DNA of 34,939 nt, taken from contig MFKY01000034.1 of NCBI GenBank assembly GCA_001781175.1, positions 1 to 34,939 of the forward strand. Direction: 5' to 3'. Below are positions 9,821 through 19,865 of this stretch, piece after piece; positions within the stretch are counted from its first letter, which is position 1, and each line of letters opens with the position of its first letter. The DNA comes from Candidatus Kaiserbacteria bacterium RIFCSPHIGHO2_01_FULL_55_37. GTDB taxonomy: Bacteria > Patescibacteriota > Minisyncoccia > Phycocordibacterales > UBA2100. Below the pieces are notes generated by a model that ran no database searches, was not told where the DNA came from, and worked only from the letters and a program-made list of their open reading frames with translations. The position numbers and the translations under genes are program-made.

Positions 9821-9903
9821 TTCAGAATATTTGACAAAACTGATTTACAGGTGTATATAAACAATCTCACCTACATCTAATTTATCCATTCAATCATAGA
9901 CAT

Positions 9904-11775
9904 ATGTCAAAAATACTCGGAATAGACCTCGGCACGACCAACTCCGCTATTGCGGTTGTAAAAGGCGGCGAGCCTCAGATAATTGAGAACGCGGAGGGCG
10001 CACGCACGACGCCGTCGGTAGTAGCCGTCGGTAAGACGGGTGAGAGGCTCGTGGGCCTCCTCGCAAAACGTCAGGGCGTTACGAATCCGAAGAACACGAT
10101 ATACCAAATTAAGCGCTTTATCGGCCACAGTTTCGATGAAGCTGCGGTCGCTAAAGACCGCGGCGCGGTATCCTTCGAGACACAGAAGTCAGGGAACGGA
10201 GGCATAGAGGTCAAAATGGCGGACAAGTGGTACCGGCCGGAGGAAATTTCCGCGATGATATTGCAGAAGTTGAAGCAGGACGCGGAAGCTCGCCTCGGCG
10301 AGACTATTACGGAGGCCGTCATCACGGTGCCCGCATATTTTAACGATTCGCAGCGCCAGGCGACCAAAGACGCCGGCAAAATCGCAGGCCTCGACGTGAA
10401 GCGCATCATCAACGAGCCGACGGCGGCGGCGCTCGCGTACGGTTTCAATAAAAAGAAAAATGAAAAGATAGCCGTGTTCGACTTCGGCGGTGGCACGTTC
10501 GACATTTCGGTGCTCGAGGTCGGCGATGACGTGATAGAGGTACGCTCGACCGACGGCGACGCGCACCTCGGCGGCAGGGACATAGACCAAAAGATAATGA
10601 CGTGGATAGCGGACGAATTCAAAAAGGAATCAGGCATCGACGTCCGCAACGACCCCCTCGCGCGTCAGCGCCTCGACGAAGCTGCGGAGAAGGCCAAGAT
10701 TGAACTTTCGACCGCGCTTGAAACGGAGATAAACATCCCCTTCATCACCTCGACCGACGCGGGGCCGCAACACCTTCTTCTCAAAATGACGCGCGGCAAG
10801 CTCGAAGAGCTCACGCGCGAATTCCTCGACCGTGCGATGGAGATAACCAAACGCGCGGTCGCGGCGTCGCCCTTCAAGATAGGGGATATCAACGAGGTCG
10901 TCCTCGTCGGCGGTCAGACCCGCATGCCCGCGATACAGAAGGCCGTGGAAGAATATTTTGGCAAAAAGCCGAACTTGAGCGTAAATCCTGACGAAGTTGT
11001 CGCCATAGGTGCGGCCATTCAGGGCGGTATTTTGCAAGGCGATGTGAAGGACGTGCTTCTCCTCGATGTCATTCCGCTTTCACTCGGAATCGAAACGATG
11101 GGTGGTGTTGCGACCAAGCTCATCGAGCGCAACACGACCATCCCGACCTCACGCTCGCAGACGTTTTCTACCGCAAGCGACAATCAACCGTCAGTGGAAA
11201 TTCACGTCGTGCAGGGCGAACGTCCCATGGCAGGCGACAACAAATCACTCGGCCGCTTCAACCTCGACGGTATCCCTCCGGCTCCGCGCGGCATGCCGCA
11301 AGTCGAAGTGTCTTTTGACATCGACGCCAACGGTATCCTCACGGTAAAAGCGAAGGATAAAACGACCAACAAGGAACAATCCATCCGCATCGAAGGCAGT
11401 TCGGGGCTCTCGGAGGCCGACATCGAAAAGATGCGCAAAGACGCGGAGACAAACGCCGAAGCCGACAAACAAAAAAAGGACGTGGTTGAGGCCCAAAATG
11501 CCGCCGACCAGGTCATCTATGCAGGCGAGAAGGCACTCCGTGAGCACGGCGACAAGGTGAGCGAGGACATCAAGAAGAACGTGCAGGAAAAAATCGATGC
11601 ACTGAAATCCGCTCGCGCGGGCACCGATGCTGCTGCCATCAAAAGTGCATCGGAAGCACTGTCAACAGAGATGAGCAAAATCGGTCAGGCAATGTCCCAA
11701 AATCAACAGACATCGCCGCCTCAAGATCCTCCCAAAGACGAACAAACACCTCCCGAGGAACCGCCCAAATCCTAG
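9904..11775 (+). CDS. dnaK: Chaperone DnaK
   Basis: [42 protein letters not shown]. Confidence 0.99.
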   Translation: MSKILGIDLGTTNSAIAVVKGGEPQIIENAEGARTTPSVVAVGKTGERLVGLLAKRQGVTNPKNTIYQIKRFIGHSFDEAAVAKDRGAVSFETQKSGNGGIEVKMADKWYRPEEISAMILQKLKQDAEARLGETITEAVITVPAYFNDSQRQATKDAGKIAGLDVKRIINEPTAAALAYGFNKKKNEKIAVFDFGGGTFDISVLEVGDDVIEVRSTDGDAHLGGRDIDQKIMTWIADEFKKESGIDVRNDPLARQRLDEAAEKAKIELSTALETEINIPFITSTDAGPQHLLLKMTRGKLEELTREFLDRAMEITKRAVAASPFKIGDINEVVLVGGQTRMPAIQKAVEEYFGKKPNLSVNPDEVVAIGAAIQGGILQGDVKDVLLLDVIPLSLGIETMGGVATKLIERNTTIPTSRSQTFSTASDNQPSVEIHVVQGERPMAGDNKSLGRFNLDGIPPAPRGMPQVEVSFDIDANGILTVKAKDKTTNKEQSIRIEGSSGLSEADIEKMRKDAETNAEADKQKKDVVEAQNAADQVIYAGEKALREHGDKVSEDIKKNVQEKIDALKSARAGTDAAAIKSASEALSTEMSKIGQAMSQNQQTSPPQDPPKDEQTPPEEPPKS

Positions 11776-11804
11776 CTCTTCCAGCCGTAGGTTTAACCTG
11801 CTGT

Positions 11805-11996
11805 AAGAACGTGCAGGAGAAGATTGAAGCCGCCAAGGCGGCTCGCGCCGGTATGGACACGAACGCCATCAAATCCGCATCTGACGCGCTTTCAACCGCG
11901 ATGTCGACGATTGGCGAGTCAATGAGCAAGAACCAGCAGACCCCGCCGCAAGAACCACCCGCTAGTGACCAAAAACCGCCCGAGTCCAATGCGTAA
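11805..11996 (+). pseudogene. Diverged second copy of the dnaK 3' end (about 63 codons)
   Basis: KNVQEKIEAAKAARAGMDTNAIKSASDALSTAMS aligns with Dna[35 protein letters not shown]. It starts with the 14-bp repeat AAGAACGTGCAGGA, also at 11575-11588. Confidence 0.88.
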
Positions 11997-12059
11997 GATT
12001 GACTTAAATTGGCCAATAAAGTCTAATTGCTAGACGTTCCAGCAAACAGGGAGGTTTAG

Positions 12060-12383
12060 ATGACCGCTGCGACGTTTGTTCTGTCGGCCGGTGGGCTGAT
12101 AATAATCGCTCTGCTCAGCATCTGCCTGGCGAGGATTACTGTGAGTTTCTTCCATAGGCCAACGATTGGCCTGGAAGGGCTGGGTATCTTCTGCCTAATC
12201 GCGCTCGTCGCCTTCGGGATTTTCCATGGCAACGAGATGGTTCTTCCAATCAAAAATGTATTGCAGATTGGACAATCATCGGCGAAGGCAATCGTTACCC
12301 TGTGCATCATCTCCGTAAGCGCCTTGGCGTATTATGGCGGCTATCGCTCCTCACCTTTCCGAGGTTTGGAGCCGGTCAAGTGA
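12060..12383 (+). CDS. Hypothetical small membrane protein (about 3 TM)
   Basis: Hydrophobic 107-aa ORF with GGAGG upstream, a TTGACT-N17-TCTAAT promoter candidate at 11999-12027, and a terminator downstream. Confidence 0.65.
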   Translation: MTAATFVLSAGGLIIIALLSICLARITVSFFHRPTIGLEGLGIFCLIALVAFGIFHGNEMVLPIKNVLQIGQSSAKAIVTLCIISVSALAYYGGYRSSPFRGLEPVK

Positions 12384-12413
12384 TGCTGCAATGACAAGAT
12401 CATCACCGACATC

Positions 12414-12436
12414 AGGGCGGTTCGCGCCGCCCTTTT
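12414..12436 (+). terminator. Intrinsic terminator
   Basis: AGGGCGG-TTCGCG-CCGCCCT followed by TTT. Confidence 0.65.
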
Positions 12437-12474
12437 GCTTTGCAAATTGTTTTCAAGTACTATGAACCCTCCGT

Positions 12475-13551
12475 ATGAAAAATTATTACGATGTTTTAGG
12501 CGTTGCGAAGAGCGCGACGGAAGAGGAAATAAAATCCGCATTCAGAAAGCTGGCGCATAAATTGCATCCTGACAAAAAAGGCGGGGACGAGAAGAAATTT
12601 AAGGAATTGAGCGAGGCGTATTCGGTGCTATCGGACAAAAAGAAGCGTGCGGAGTACGATACCTACGGCAAGACGTTTGCGGGCGGTGCGGGTCCGCAGC
12701 AAGGCGGGTTCGGCGGCTTTGATTTTTCGAATTTCTCCGCCGGAGGCGGACCCTCCTTCGGAGGGCAGCAATTTGAGTTTGACCTCGGCGATATTTTTGG
12801 CGATGTATTCGGCGGCGGGCAGACCCGTACACGGCGGGGCAGGGACATTTCAATAGACATAGAACTTTCCTTCCGCGAGTCCGTATTCGGCGCCGAGCGC
12901 CGCGTACTCCTTTCGAAGACGAGCGTATGCGATACTTGCGCCGGCTCCGGCGCAAAGAAAGGTTCGAAGCTCATCACGTGCTCCAACTGCAACGGCAAGG
13001 GTGAGATACGTGAGTCACGCAATTCATTTTTCGGCACGTTCACTTCGGCGCGTCCGTGCTCACGCTGCCACGGCAAAGGGCAAATCCCGGAAACTCCGTG
13101 CGATGCGTGCCGCGGCGAGGGTGTGCGCAAACGCCAAGAAGAAATACATATCGTCGTGCCTTCGGGGGTGGAAGACGGAGAGATGATACGGATGCCGGGA
13201 CGCGGCGAAGCCGCGACGGGTGCGACCGCGGGCGACCTGTACGTGAAGCTGCACGTAAAGACCGATGCAAAATTCTCGCGCGATGGCAATAATCTTATCA
13301 CCTCACTTCCGATAAAACTCTCGGATGCACTTCTGGGAGGGGAGTATCGTGTATCCACGCTTGATGGCGACGAAACACTCACCGTAGAGCCGGGCATCGC
13401 ACACGGAGAAGTGCTTCGCGTGCGCGGCAAGGGAGTACCGCACGGACGCGCCCGAGGTGACCTGCTCGTACGCGTAGATATCGAGTTCCCAAAGAAGCTT
13501 TCCAAACACGCACGCGAGCTTATCGAGCAATTGCGCAGCGAGGGGCTGTAA
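12475..13551 (+). CDS. dnaJ: Chaperone DnaJ
   Basis: J-domain with HPD, G/F-rich region, four CxxCxGxG repeats. Confidence 0.98.
   Translation: MKNYYDVLGVAKSATEEEIKSAFRKLAHKLHPDKKGGDEKKFKELSEAYSVLSDKKKRAEYDTYGKTFAGGAGPQQGGFGGFDFSNFSAGGGPSFGGQQFEFDLGDIFGDVFGGGQTRTRRGRDISIDIELSFRESVFGAERRVLLSKTSVCDTCAGSGAKKGSKLITCSNCNGKGEIRESRNSFFGTFTSARPCSRCHGKGQIPETPCDACRGEGVRKRQEEIHIVVPSGVEDGEMIRMPGRGEAATGATAGDLYVKLHVKTDAKFSRDGNNLITSLPIKLSDALLGGEYRVSTLDGDETLTVEPGIAHGEVLRVRGKGVPHGRARGDLLVRVDIEFPKKLSKHARELIEQLRSEGL
12736..12765 (+). repeat. 30-bp double-hairpin in-frame repeat, copy B ([10 protein letters not shown])
   Basis: TCCGCC-GGA-GGCGGA-CCCTCC-TTC-GGAGGG, codon-aligned in the dnaJ G/F region. Confidence 0.7.
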
Positions 13552-13596
13552 ACAACCCGCACCTGAAAGTCGGCAACCTGCAGGTATAATGGACGG

Positions 13597-14088
13597 ATGA
13601 ACGTCGCGTCAATTTCTTCCGTGTTTGCCAACTGGCCGACAGATTGGATTATTCTGGGTGTTGTAGCCGCTGTTATCGCTGCGGAATGTCTGCGGGCGGG
13701 TACTAATCGCGCTGCGTCTCTTGGTCTTGCGCTGCCTTTGGCGCTTCTGCTATCCAGCGCTCTCCCGTCTGCGGCTCTCCTTGGCGGCGTTCTCAAGCAG
13801 GCACAAGCCCCGGCCGGTCAAGCGATTATTTTTTTGGTGCTGGTCATCTTCTCTTATTTCCTGGCGAATCGCATACTTAGCTTCTTCAGTGATTCATCGG
13901 GAAAGCCCGTGCAAGCACTCATCGCGGGTATCGCAACGGCAGTGCTCCTTGTCGTCTTTTGGTTTCAGGTGCCCGCCTTGGACTCTCTTTGGCATTTCGG
14001 ACAGCAGGTGACAGCCGTATTCGGCGAATCTTACCGCTTCTGGTGGCTCGCAGGCTCATACATAGCCCTCGCGGTCGTCCGCAGTTAG
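13597..14088 (+). CDS. Hypothetical multi-pass membrane protein
   Basis: 163 aa with about 5 hydrophobic segments. TATAAT lies 6 nt before the ATG. Confidence 0.8.
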   Translation: MNVASISSVFANWPTDWIILGVVAAVIAAECLRAGTNRAASLGLALPLALLLSSALPSAALLGGVLKQAQAPAGQAIIFLVLVIFSYFLANRILSFFSDSSGKPVQALIAGIATAVLLVVFWFQVPALDSLWHFGQQVTAVFGESYRFWWLAGSYIALAVVRS

Positions 14089-14107
14089 TGGTGCTATAAT
14101 CGGCAAT

Positions 14108-14500
14108 ATGATTGTTCACTTTGGCGAGCATATAACTATTGACGGCTACGACGGCGATTCCAAGCGCTTGGATAACAAGGAGCTTGTAGCGGAGTCCCTC
14201 GACCAACTTGCTGCTATTTTGAAAATGCACCCGCTTGGAAAAGTCCATATCGTGTCTGCACCCGACAATCACATCAAGGACCCCGGCGGGTGGAGCGCGT
14301 TTATGATAATCGCCGAGAGTCACATCGCTATCCATACCTTCCCGCGGCGCCGTTTTCTTTCAGCCGACGTCTACACCTGCCAGAACGGGGTTGACCCCGA
14401 TTTCGTCGTAGAGTTTTTCAGAAAGAAGTTCAAACTAGGGGACGTCGAGAAGCACTTCATTAAACGCGGCACCAAGTATCCCGCGCATAACCTCGTGTAG
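14108..14500 (+). CDS. speD: Pyruvoyl-dependent SpeD-family (AdoMetDC-like) decarboxylase proenzyme
   Basis: GEHITIDGY, self-cleavage motif IAESHIAIHTFP, DVYTC. Confidence 0.88.
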   Translation: MIVHFGEHITIDGYDGDSKRLDNKELVAESLDQLAAILKMHPLGKVHIVSAPDNHIKDPGGWSAFMIIAESHIAIHTFPRRRFLSADVYTCQNGVDPDFVVEFFRKKFKLGDVEKHFIKRGTKYPAHNLV

Positions 14501-14507
14501 TTTTCGT

Positions 14508-14726
14508 ATGGATAAGACAACGAGAAACATCTTCACCGTTCTGTCTATCCTGGTTGTCGTTTCGATATTCCTCACGTATGACCGCGCCATCATCCGCAAG
14601 GATTACACAGCGTTTCCGCCCGAGCCTGAAGAAGAAGCGGCTTCTCTGGAAGAAGGCGCCCCCCTAGAGACGCCATCCGGTGTCGAACCGGTTCCCTCAG
14701 AGGAAAGTACGGACACCTCACTCTGA
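14508..14726 (+). CDS. Small single-TM protein with an acidic tail
   Basis: 72-aa ORF that fills the gap between speD and hss exactly. Confidence 0.65.
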   Translation: MDKTTRNIFTVLSILVVVSIFLTYDRAIIRKDYTAFPPEPEEEAASLEEGAPLETPSGVEPVPSEESTDTSL

Positions 14727-14728
14727 AC

Positions 14729-16153
14729 ATGAGACCCGACTCCGAGGTGCTCGTTACGTTCCCCGGCCGGATTCTTATTGTCGGTTTCGGCAGCATAGGT
14801 ACCGCGATACTCCCGCTCATCCTTCGGCATATTGGCATTCCGCGGGAACGCATCAGCATCATCACGGCCGATGAGCATGGGTCTGAAATCGCAAAGAAAG
14901 AGGACATCAGTTTTTGCATAGAACCGCTGACCAAGACCGGTTATAAGGACACCATAGACAAGTACCTCGGTCCGGGAGATTTCCTGCTGAATTTGTCGGT
15001 TTATGTCTCGTCGGTCAGCATCGTCGAGCACTGTCAGAAGAGAGGCATTCTCTATCTCGACACGGTGGTTGACGGATGGGAAGAGGAGTTTTCAAACCCT
15101 GACTGGACGCTTTCAGAGAAATCCAACTACGGGTTCAGAGAGCGGTTGCTCGCACTAAAAAAGTCTAGCACCTCCGACGTAACGTCCGTATCGGCCCATG
15201 GAGCAAACCCCGGCATCGTGTCCCATTTCGTCAAACAAGCACTCCTCAACATCGCACACGATACCGGATTCCCGACACCTGTTCCGCAATCAAGGGAGGA
15301 GTGGGCAGGCCTGATGCAAAATCTCGGCGTGAAAGTCGTCCATGTCGCTGAGTACGATTCCCAAGTCTCTCGCGAGCCGAAGAAAGTCGGAAGATTCGAG
15401 AACACCTGGTCCATCGACGGCTTCTACACTGAGGGAATATGCCAGCCCTGCGAGCTAGGATGGGGCACCCACGAAAAGCACTGGCCGAGCGACGCACACA
15501 AGCACGGCTACGGCTGCGGGGCGGCGATTTATCTCGACCGCCCGAGTGCCGCGACGCTCGTCCGGACGTGGACGCCCGAGCACGGTACCTTTTTCGGCCG
15601 CATTATAACGCACAGCGAATCCATTTCGATTGCCGATTACTTCACGCGCCGTGAAGGGGAGAAGCTTGTCTACCGGCCGACCGTCCACTACGCCTACCGC
15701 CTTTGCGATGCGGCCATTCTTTCCGCGGAGGAGTGCATGGGTAATCACTTCGAACTTCAGAAGGAGCAGAAAATTCTGTTGGACGACATCGAAAGCGGCA
15801 TGGACGAGCTCGGCGTCCTTGTCATGGGGCACAAAAAAGGCGCGTATTGGTACGGCTCTCAACTCACTATCGAGAGAACGCGCGAGCTCGCCCCATACCA
15901 GAATGCGACAGGTATGCAGGTCGCCGTCGGTGCGCTCGGAGGGGTGATATGGGCTATGGAGAACCCGCACGCGGGTATCGTCGAAGCCGACGACTTGAAT
16001 TTCAAGCGCATCATGGAGATAGTCGAGCCGTACATGGGGAAAATGGTCGGAAAATACACCGATTGGACGCCGCTCAAGCCGGACGCCGGCACATTCACGC
16101 GCGATGTAGACACGGAGGACCCGTGGCAATTCAAAAATTTTCGCATCAGCTGA
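14729..16153 (+). CDS. hss: Homospermidine synthase
   Basis: GFGSIG Rossmann motif, HGANPGIVSHFVKQAL, NTWSIDGF, ELGWGTHE, RPTVHYAY, GMDELGVL, QNAT.MQV, DPWQF.NF. Confidence 0.95.
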   Translation: MRPDSEVLVTFPGRILIVGFGSIGTAILPLILRHIGIPRERISIITADEHGSEIAKKEDISFCIEPLTKTGYKDTIDKYLGPGDFLLNLSVYVSSVSIVEHCQKRGILYLDTVVDGWEEEFSNPDWTLSEKSNYGFRERLLALKKSSTSDVTSVSAHGANPGIVSHFVKQALLNIAHDTGFPTPVPQSREEWAGLMQNLGVKVVHVAEYDSQVSREPKKVGRFENTWSIDGFYTEGICQPCELGWGTHEKHWPSDAHKHGYGCGAAIYLDRPSAATLVRTWTPEHGTFFGRIITHSESISIADYFTRREGEKLVYRPTVHYAYRLCDAAILSAEECMGNHFELQKEQKILLDDIESGMDELGVLVMGHKKGAYWYGSQLTIERTRELAPYQNATGMQVAVGALGGVIWAMENPHAGIVEADDLNFKRIMEIVEPYMGKMVGKYTDWTPLKPDAGTFTRDVDTEDPWQFKNFRIS

Positions 16154-16162
16154 GTAGCCTGT

Positions 16163-17086
16163 TTAGAGATACAGCATAGCGACTCCCGCAATCATGACCG
16201 CGACGGTAAGAGCGCGCTGCGCGATATGTTTTGCCGACCAGGTGATGCCGTGCACGACGTGCGGCGCCGTCAGCGTGGCGATGAGTGCGTACATGAATAC
16301 GAATGCGGGGTGAAATGAATTGACCACGTACACGAGCGCCACCGGCGCCAGCAGAAAGGCGTAATTGAGTATCAGATCCGAGGCGACCATCAAGACTTCT
16401 GCGAGCAGAATAAAGCTCAGGATGTGCGCCGTCTGAAATCTGCTCTTGAAAACGCTCCTGAAGCTGTTGCGGTACATCGGCACTGCGGCGAAGAGCAGAA
16501 GCCCGAATATAGCGATTCCGATGTACTCCCAAAATTGTGTCGTCCAGTAGCCGATGTCGAGTGCCGCCCACTTGAACACGACGCCGCTAACAGCGAGCGG
16601 CAGAGACGCTCCGAGTATCAGCAGCAAACTCCGGCCCTTAATCCGTATATTCTTCCAGGATTGTATCTCCAGTGAAAAGATGACCGTGCCCGCGATGACG
16701 ATAAGCGACCCCGTCAGCTGGCGTAAGGAAAGGGTCTCGCCGAGTACAAGGTAGCCGAGTACGAATGCGAACACGGGCACGACCTGCAGAATGGGAATAC
16801 TCAGAAGCACGTCTTCCGTATCTATGGCGTAGAGATAAAAGAGAAGTGCAATGACGGTCAGACATCCGTTGACGATGAGCACACCGCCCTGAAAGGAAGT
16901 GACGGCAAAAACACCCTGACCGAAGAGGAGAGAGACGGGAATCACGACCGATGCAAAAAGCGATGAGAAAATCACGATCGCCCCGATGCCGCCGTGTTTG
17001 GCATACGAAGCGAGCATGTGTTTGTCTATATAATTTCCCAGCGCCGCAAGGGCGGGCGCGAGCAGTGCTACCGGAAGCCACAGCAT
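16163..17086 (-). CDS. EamA/DMT-family transporter
   Basis: About 10 TM segments with an LGYLVLGETLS..Q..G motif. Start placed at MLWLPVALL. Confidence 0.85.
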   Translation of the reverse strand: MLWLPVALLAPALAALGNYIDKHMLASYAKHGGIGAIVIFSSLFASVVIPVSLLFGQGVFAVTSFQGGVLIVNGCLTVIALLFYLYAIDTEDVLLSIPILQVVPVFAFVLGYLVLGETLSLRQLTGSLIVIAGTVIFSLEIQSWKNIRIKGRSLLLILGASLPLAVSGVVFKWAALDIGYWTTQFWEYIGIAIFGLLLFAAVPMYRNSFRSVFKSRFQTAHILSFILLAEVLMVASDLILNYAFLLAPVALVYVVNSFHPAFVFMYALIATLTAPHVVHGITWSAKHIAQRALTVAVMIAGVAMLYL

Positions 17087-17175
17087 ATGTATCTTGCATA
17101 GTAGCACCGCGGACACCACTGAGTTATGCAGGCCTCTTGCCATAGGCACTAATAAAAGTTGTTATACTGAACCGG

Positions 17176-18807
17176 ATGGAATCTTTGTTGTGCCCATGGG
17201 AGAGTCCCGCTTATTTCGTACTCTCCTCCAACGTGCCGCCGCTGCTCTACTATTCCCACTTCGTCGCGGTCGCAGCGGCGCTCATCGTAGGGGTCTACGT
17301 ATTCTTCAAAAACCGCGACTCGCTGACTTCCCGGCTTCTTCTTGTGATGTTCGGCCTGTTCTCCTTTTGGGCGATAGCGGACGTGCTTATTTGGGCGACC
17401 AACAGGTCCGATATCGTACTGTTCTGGTGGTCGCTGCAGGTTCTCGCCGAACCGCTCATGTACGCCCTTGCGTTCTACCTTTTTTATGCGTTTTCGCGCG
17501 GCGGGTTCCCCGCAACCAGAGTTACCGTCGCGATAGCAACACTACTGCTCCCGCTTATCATTTTCGCGCCGACCTACTACAGTCTCGAGGGTATCTACCT
17601 CGCGGATTGTGATGCCGAGGAGGGACCTCTCGCGCTGTATTACACGTATTTCCTCGAGATACTGTTCTCGCTTGGAATTATTGCCTACGCTTTCCTGAGT
17701 TTCTTCAAGACCAAAGACCCGCTGGAGCGCGCCAAAATAGTATATTTCGTCCTCGGACTCCTCGCATTTCTGCTCGCCTTTACCTCGGGAAATATCGTCG
17801 GCAGCATCACGGGGGACTGGGACATCGCCCAGTATGGACTGTTCGGTATGCCTATATTCGTCGGGCTCTTGGCGTATCTCATCGTTCATTACCGCTTATT
17901 CAACGTAAAAGTTTTGGGCGCGCAAGCCCTCGTCCTTACGCTGTGGATGCTCATCGGCTCACTGCTTCTCGTCGTTAAGAGCGATCTCTCCCGTATCATA
18001 TCGTTCGCGACACTCATTTTGGTCGTTTGGTTCGGCATATTGCTCGTCCGGAGCGTGAAGAGGGAAGTCGCACAACGCGAACTGATACAGAAACAGGAGC
18101 AGGAGCTGGAGGTGGTAAATAAGCAGCAGGAAAATCTTCTCCACTTCATCAGCCACGAAATCAAGGGCTACCTGACGAAGAGTGAGGCGGGATTCGCGGC
18201 TATCGCGGAAGGGGATTACGGTGCTATACCCGAGAAACTGAAGACCATGTCGAAAGCTGCGCTCGCCGATGTACGCAAAGGCGTTGATACGGTTATGGAT
18301 ATTCTTTCTGCATCGGACCTGAAAAAAGGAACTGTATCTTTCAAGAGGGATGTGTTCGACTTCCGCGTGGCGGTCAAGGCTATTGTTGCAGAACAGCAAG
18401 TCGCCGCGCAGGCGAAGGGTCTTCAGCTTGACGTGCAGATGACCGACGGGAAGTACCGGATGCAGGGCGACGAGGAAAAAATCCGCGAGCATGTCATCCG
18501 CAACCTCATCGACAACGCTATCCGGTACACGCCGTCCGGCACTATCCACATCGAGCTCTCCGACGGTGACGCGAAGATCCACTTCTCGGTGAAAGACAGC
18601 GGGGTCGGCATCACGCCCGAGGACATGAGCAACCTTTTCACCGAAGGCGGCCACGGCAAAGATTCCATCAAGATTAATGTGCACTCCACGGGTTACGGTC
18701 TTTTCATCGCAAAAGAGGTCGTCGAGGCATCAGGCGGCAAGATATGGGCCGAATCGCAAGGCGCGGGCAAAGGCTCCCGCTTTATCGTGGAACTCCCAGC
18801 CGCATAA
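17176..18807 (+). CDS. Sensor histidine kinase with a multi-TM (7TM-like) N-terminus
   Basis: H-box FISHEIKG, N-box NLIDNAIRY, G1 DSGVG, G2 GYGL. No response regulator lies in the window. Confidence 0.93.
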   Translation: MESLLCPWESPAYFVLSSNVPPLLYYSHFVAVAAALIVGVYVFFKNRDSLTSRLLLVMFGLFSFWAIADVLIWATNRSDIVLFWWSLQVLAEPLMYALAFYLFYAFSRGGFPATRVTVAIATLLLPLIIFAPTYYSLEGIYLADCDAEEGPLALYYTYFLEILFSLGIIAYAFLSFFKTKDPLERAKIVYFVLGLLAFLLAFTSGNIVGSITGDWDIAQYGLFGMPIFVGLLAYLIVHYRLFNVKVLGAQALVLTLWMLIGSLLLVVKSDLSRIISFATLILVVWFGILLVRSVKREVAQRELIQKQEQELEVVNKQQENLLHFISHEIKGYLTKSEAGFAAIAEGDYGAIPEKLKTMSKAALADVRKGVDTVMDILSASDLKKGTVSFKRDVFDFRVAVKAIVAEQQVAAQAKGLQLDVQMTDGKYRMQGDEEKIREHVIRNLIDNAIRYTPSGTIHIELSDGDAKIHFSVKDSGVGITPEDMSNLFTEGGHGKDSIKINVHSTGYGLFIAKEVVEASGGKIWAESQGAGKGSRFIVELPAA

Positions 18808-18840
18808 GAGCCGACCAGTTTTTTCTGGTATTATAGGCCG

Positions 18841-19776
18841 ATGCAGCGGCTTTTTACGGGACTCCAGCCTTCCGGCACACTTCACATCGGGAATTATCTC
18901 GGTGCACTGAAGCAGACCGTGGAATTGCTCAAAGATGCCGATGGATTGGTTATGATTGCCGACTACCACGCTCTCACGACCCTGAAAGATCCTGAAGGCC
19001 TTAGAACGAACATCGCCAACGTCGTGCGCGATTATGTCGCTGTCGGAGTGGACCCAAAGAAGACGATTATCTTCCAGCAGTCGTCGGTACTCCAGCACAC
19101 CGAGCTCGCGTGGATATTCGATTGCCTCGTCACCGTGCCCTTCCTTATGCAAGCACACGCGTACAAAGACAAGGTAGCAAAAGGCCTCGATGCCAATGCG
19201 GGACTCTTCACGTATCCGATGCTCATGGCCGCGGATATTTTGCTCTATGATACCGATGTGGTACCCGTCGGCGCGGACCAGAAGCAGCACGTGGAATACA
19301 CGCGCGAGGCGGCGACGAAGTTCAACCTCGCTTTCGGCGAGACTTTCAAGGCGCCCCAAGAAAAGATACTCGACGCGGTCGCTGTAGTACCGGGCACCGA
19401 CGGCAAGAAAATGAGCAAGAGCTACGGCAACACCATTCCGCTCTTCGGCAGCAAAGACGAGATACAAAAGGCGGTGATGAGCATTGTCACCGACTCAAGC
19501 GGCGAGAGTCCCGAGAATGTCTACAACATCCACCGCCTTTTCCGGAGCGGCGACAGTCTCGTAAACCTGTACAAAGAGAACAGAGGTAAATACAAGGCGC
19601 TCAAGGACGCACTCGTCGAGGATATCGAAACGGTGATAGGGCCGATGCGGGAAAGGCGTGCGAGCATCACCGACGCGGATGTGAAGGCGATACTGAAAGA
19701 CGGCGGCGATAGAGCGCGCGAGCAGGCGGAAAAGAAAATGATAGACGTCCGGCGGAAAGTCGGCGTAACGATTTAA
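18841..19776 (+). CDS. trpS: Tryptophanyl-tRNA synthetase
   Basis: GLQPSGTLHIGNYLG, YPMLMAADIL, VPVGADQ.QH, KMSKS. Confidence 0.98.
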   Translation: MQRLFTGLQPSGTLHIGNYLGALKQTVELLKDADGLVMIADYHALTTLKDPEGLRTNIANVVRDYVAVGVDPKKTIIFQQSSVLQHTELAWIFDCLVTVPFLMQAHAYKDKVAKGLDANAGLFTYPMLMAADILLYDTDVVPVGADQKQHVEYTREAATKFNLAFGETFKAPQEKILDAVAVVPGTDGKKMSKSYGNTIPLFGSKDEIQKAVMSIVTDSSGESPENVYNIHRLFRSGDSLVNLYKENRGKYKALKDALVEDIETVIGPMRERRASITDADVKAILKDGGDRAREQAEKKMIDVRRKVGVTI

Positions 19777-19781
19777 TATGG

Positions 19782-19865
19782 ACCCCGTTAGAAGCTTCGA
19801 GAAATGTCTTTCAACAAGTAGATTTACTGGTAACACTTCAATACTATGATGGCTTCTAACGGGGT
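19782..19865. mobile_element. Start-codon insertion element, copy 2 (84 bp) at the aspS start
   Basis: Perfect 14-bp TIR ACCCCGTTAGAAGC/GCTTCTAACGGGGT with a GG duplication (19780-81, 19866-67). Removal restores ATG GAC CGG ACA. Confidence 0.85.

Noticed and set aside
9215-9903. CIRCE/HrcA operator upstream of grpE or dnaK
   Set aside because: No TTAGCACTC-N9-GAGTGCTAA found by eye.
11760-11811. Programmed -1 frameshift joining dnaK to the second tail
   Set aside because: The -1 frame is open, but no convincing slippery heptamer is present and the product would have a redundant doubled tail.
12663-13796. Long antisense or alternate-frame ORFs (e.g. 12663-13796, 31872-32987, 7045-7875, 27952-28794)
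   Set aside because: They are shadows of well-recognised genes in GC-rich coding DNA and carry no recognisable motifs.
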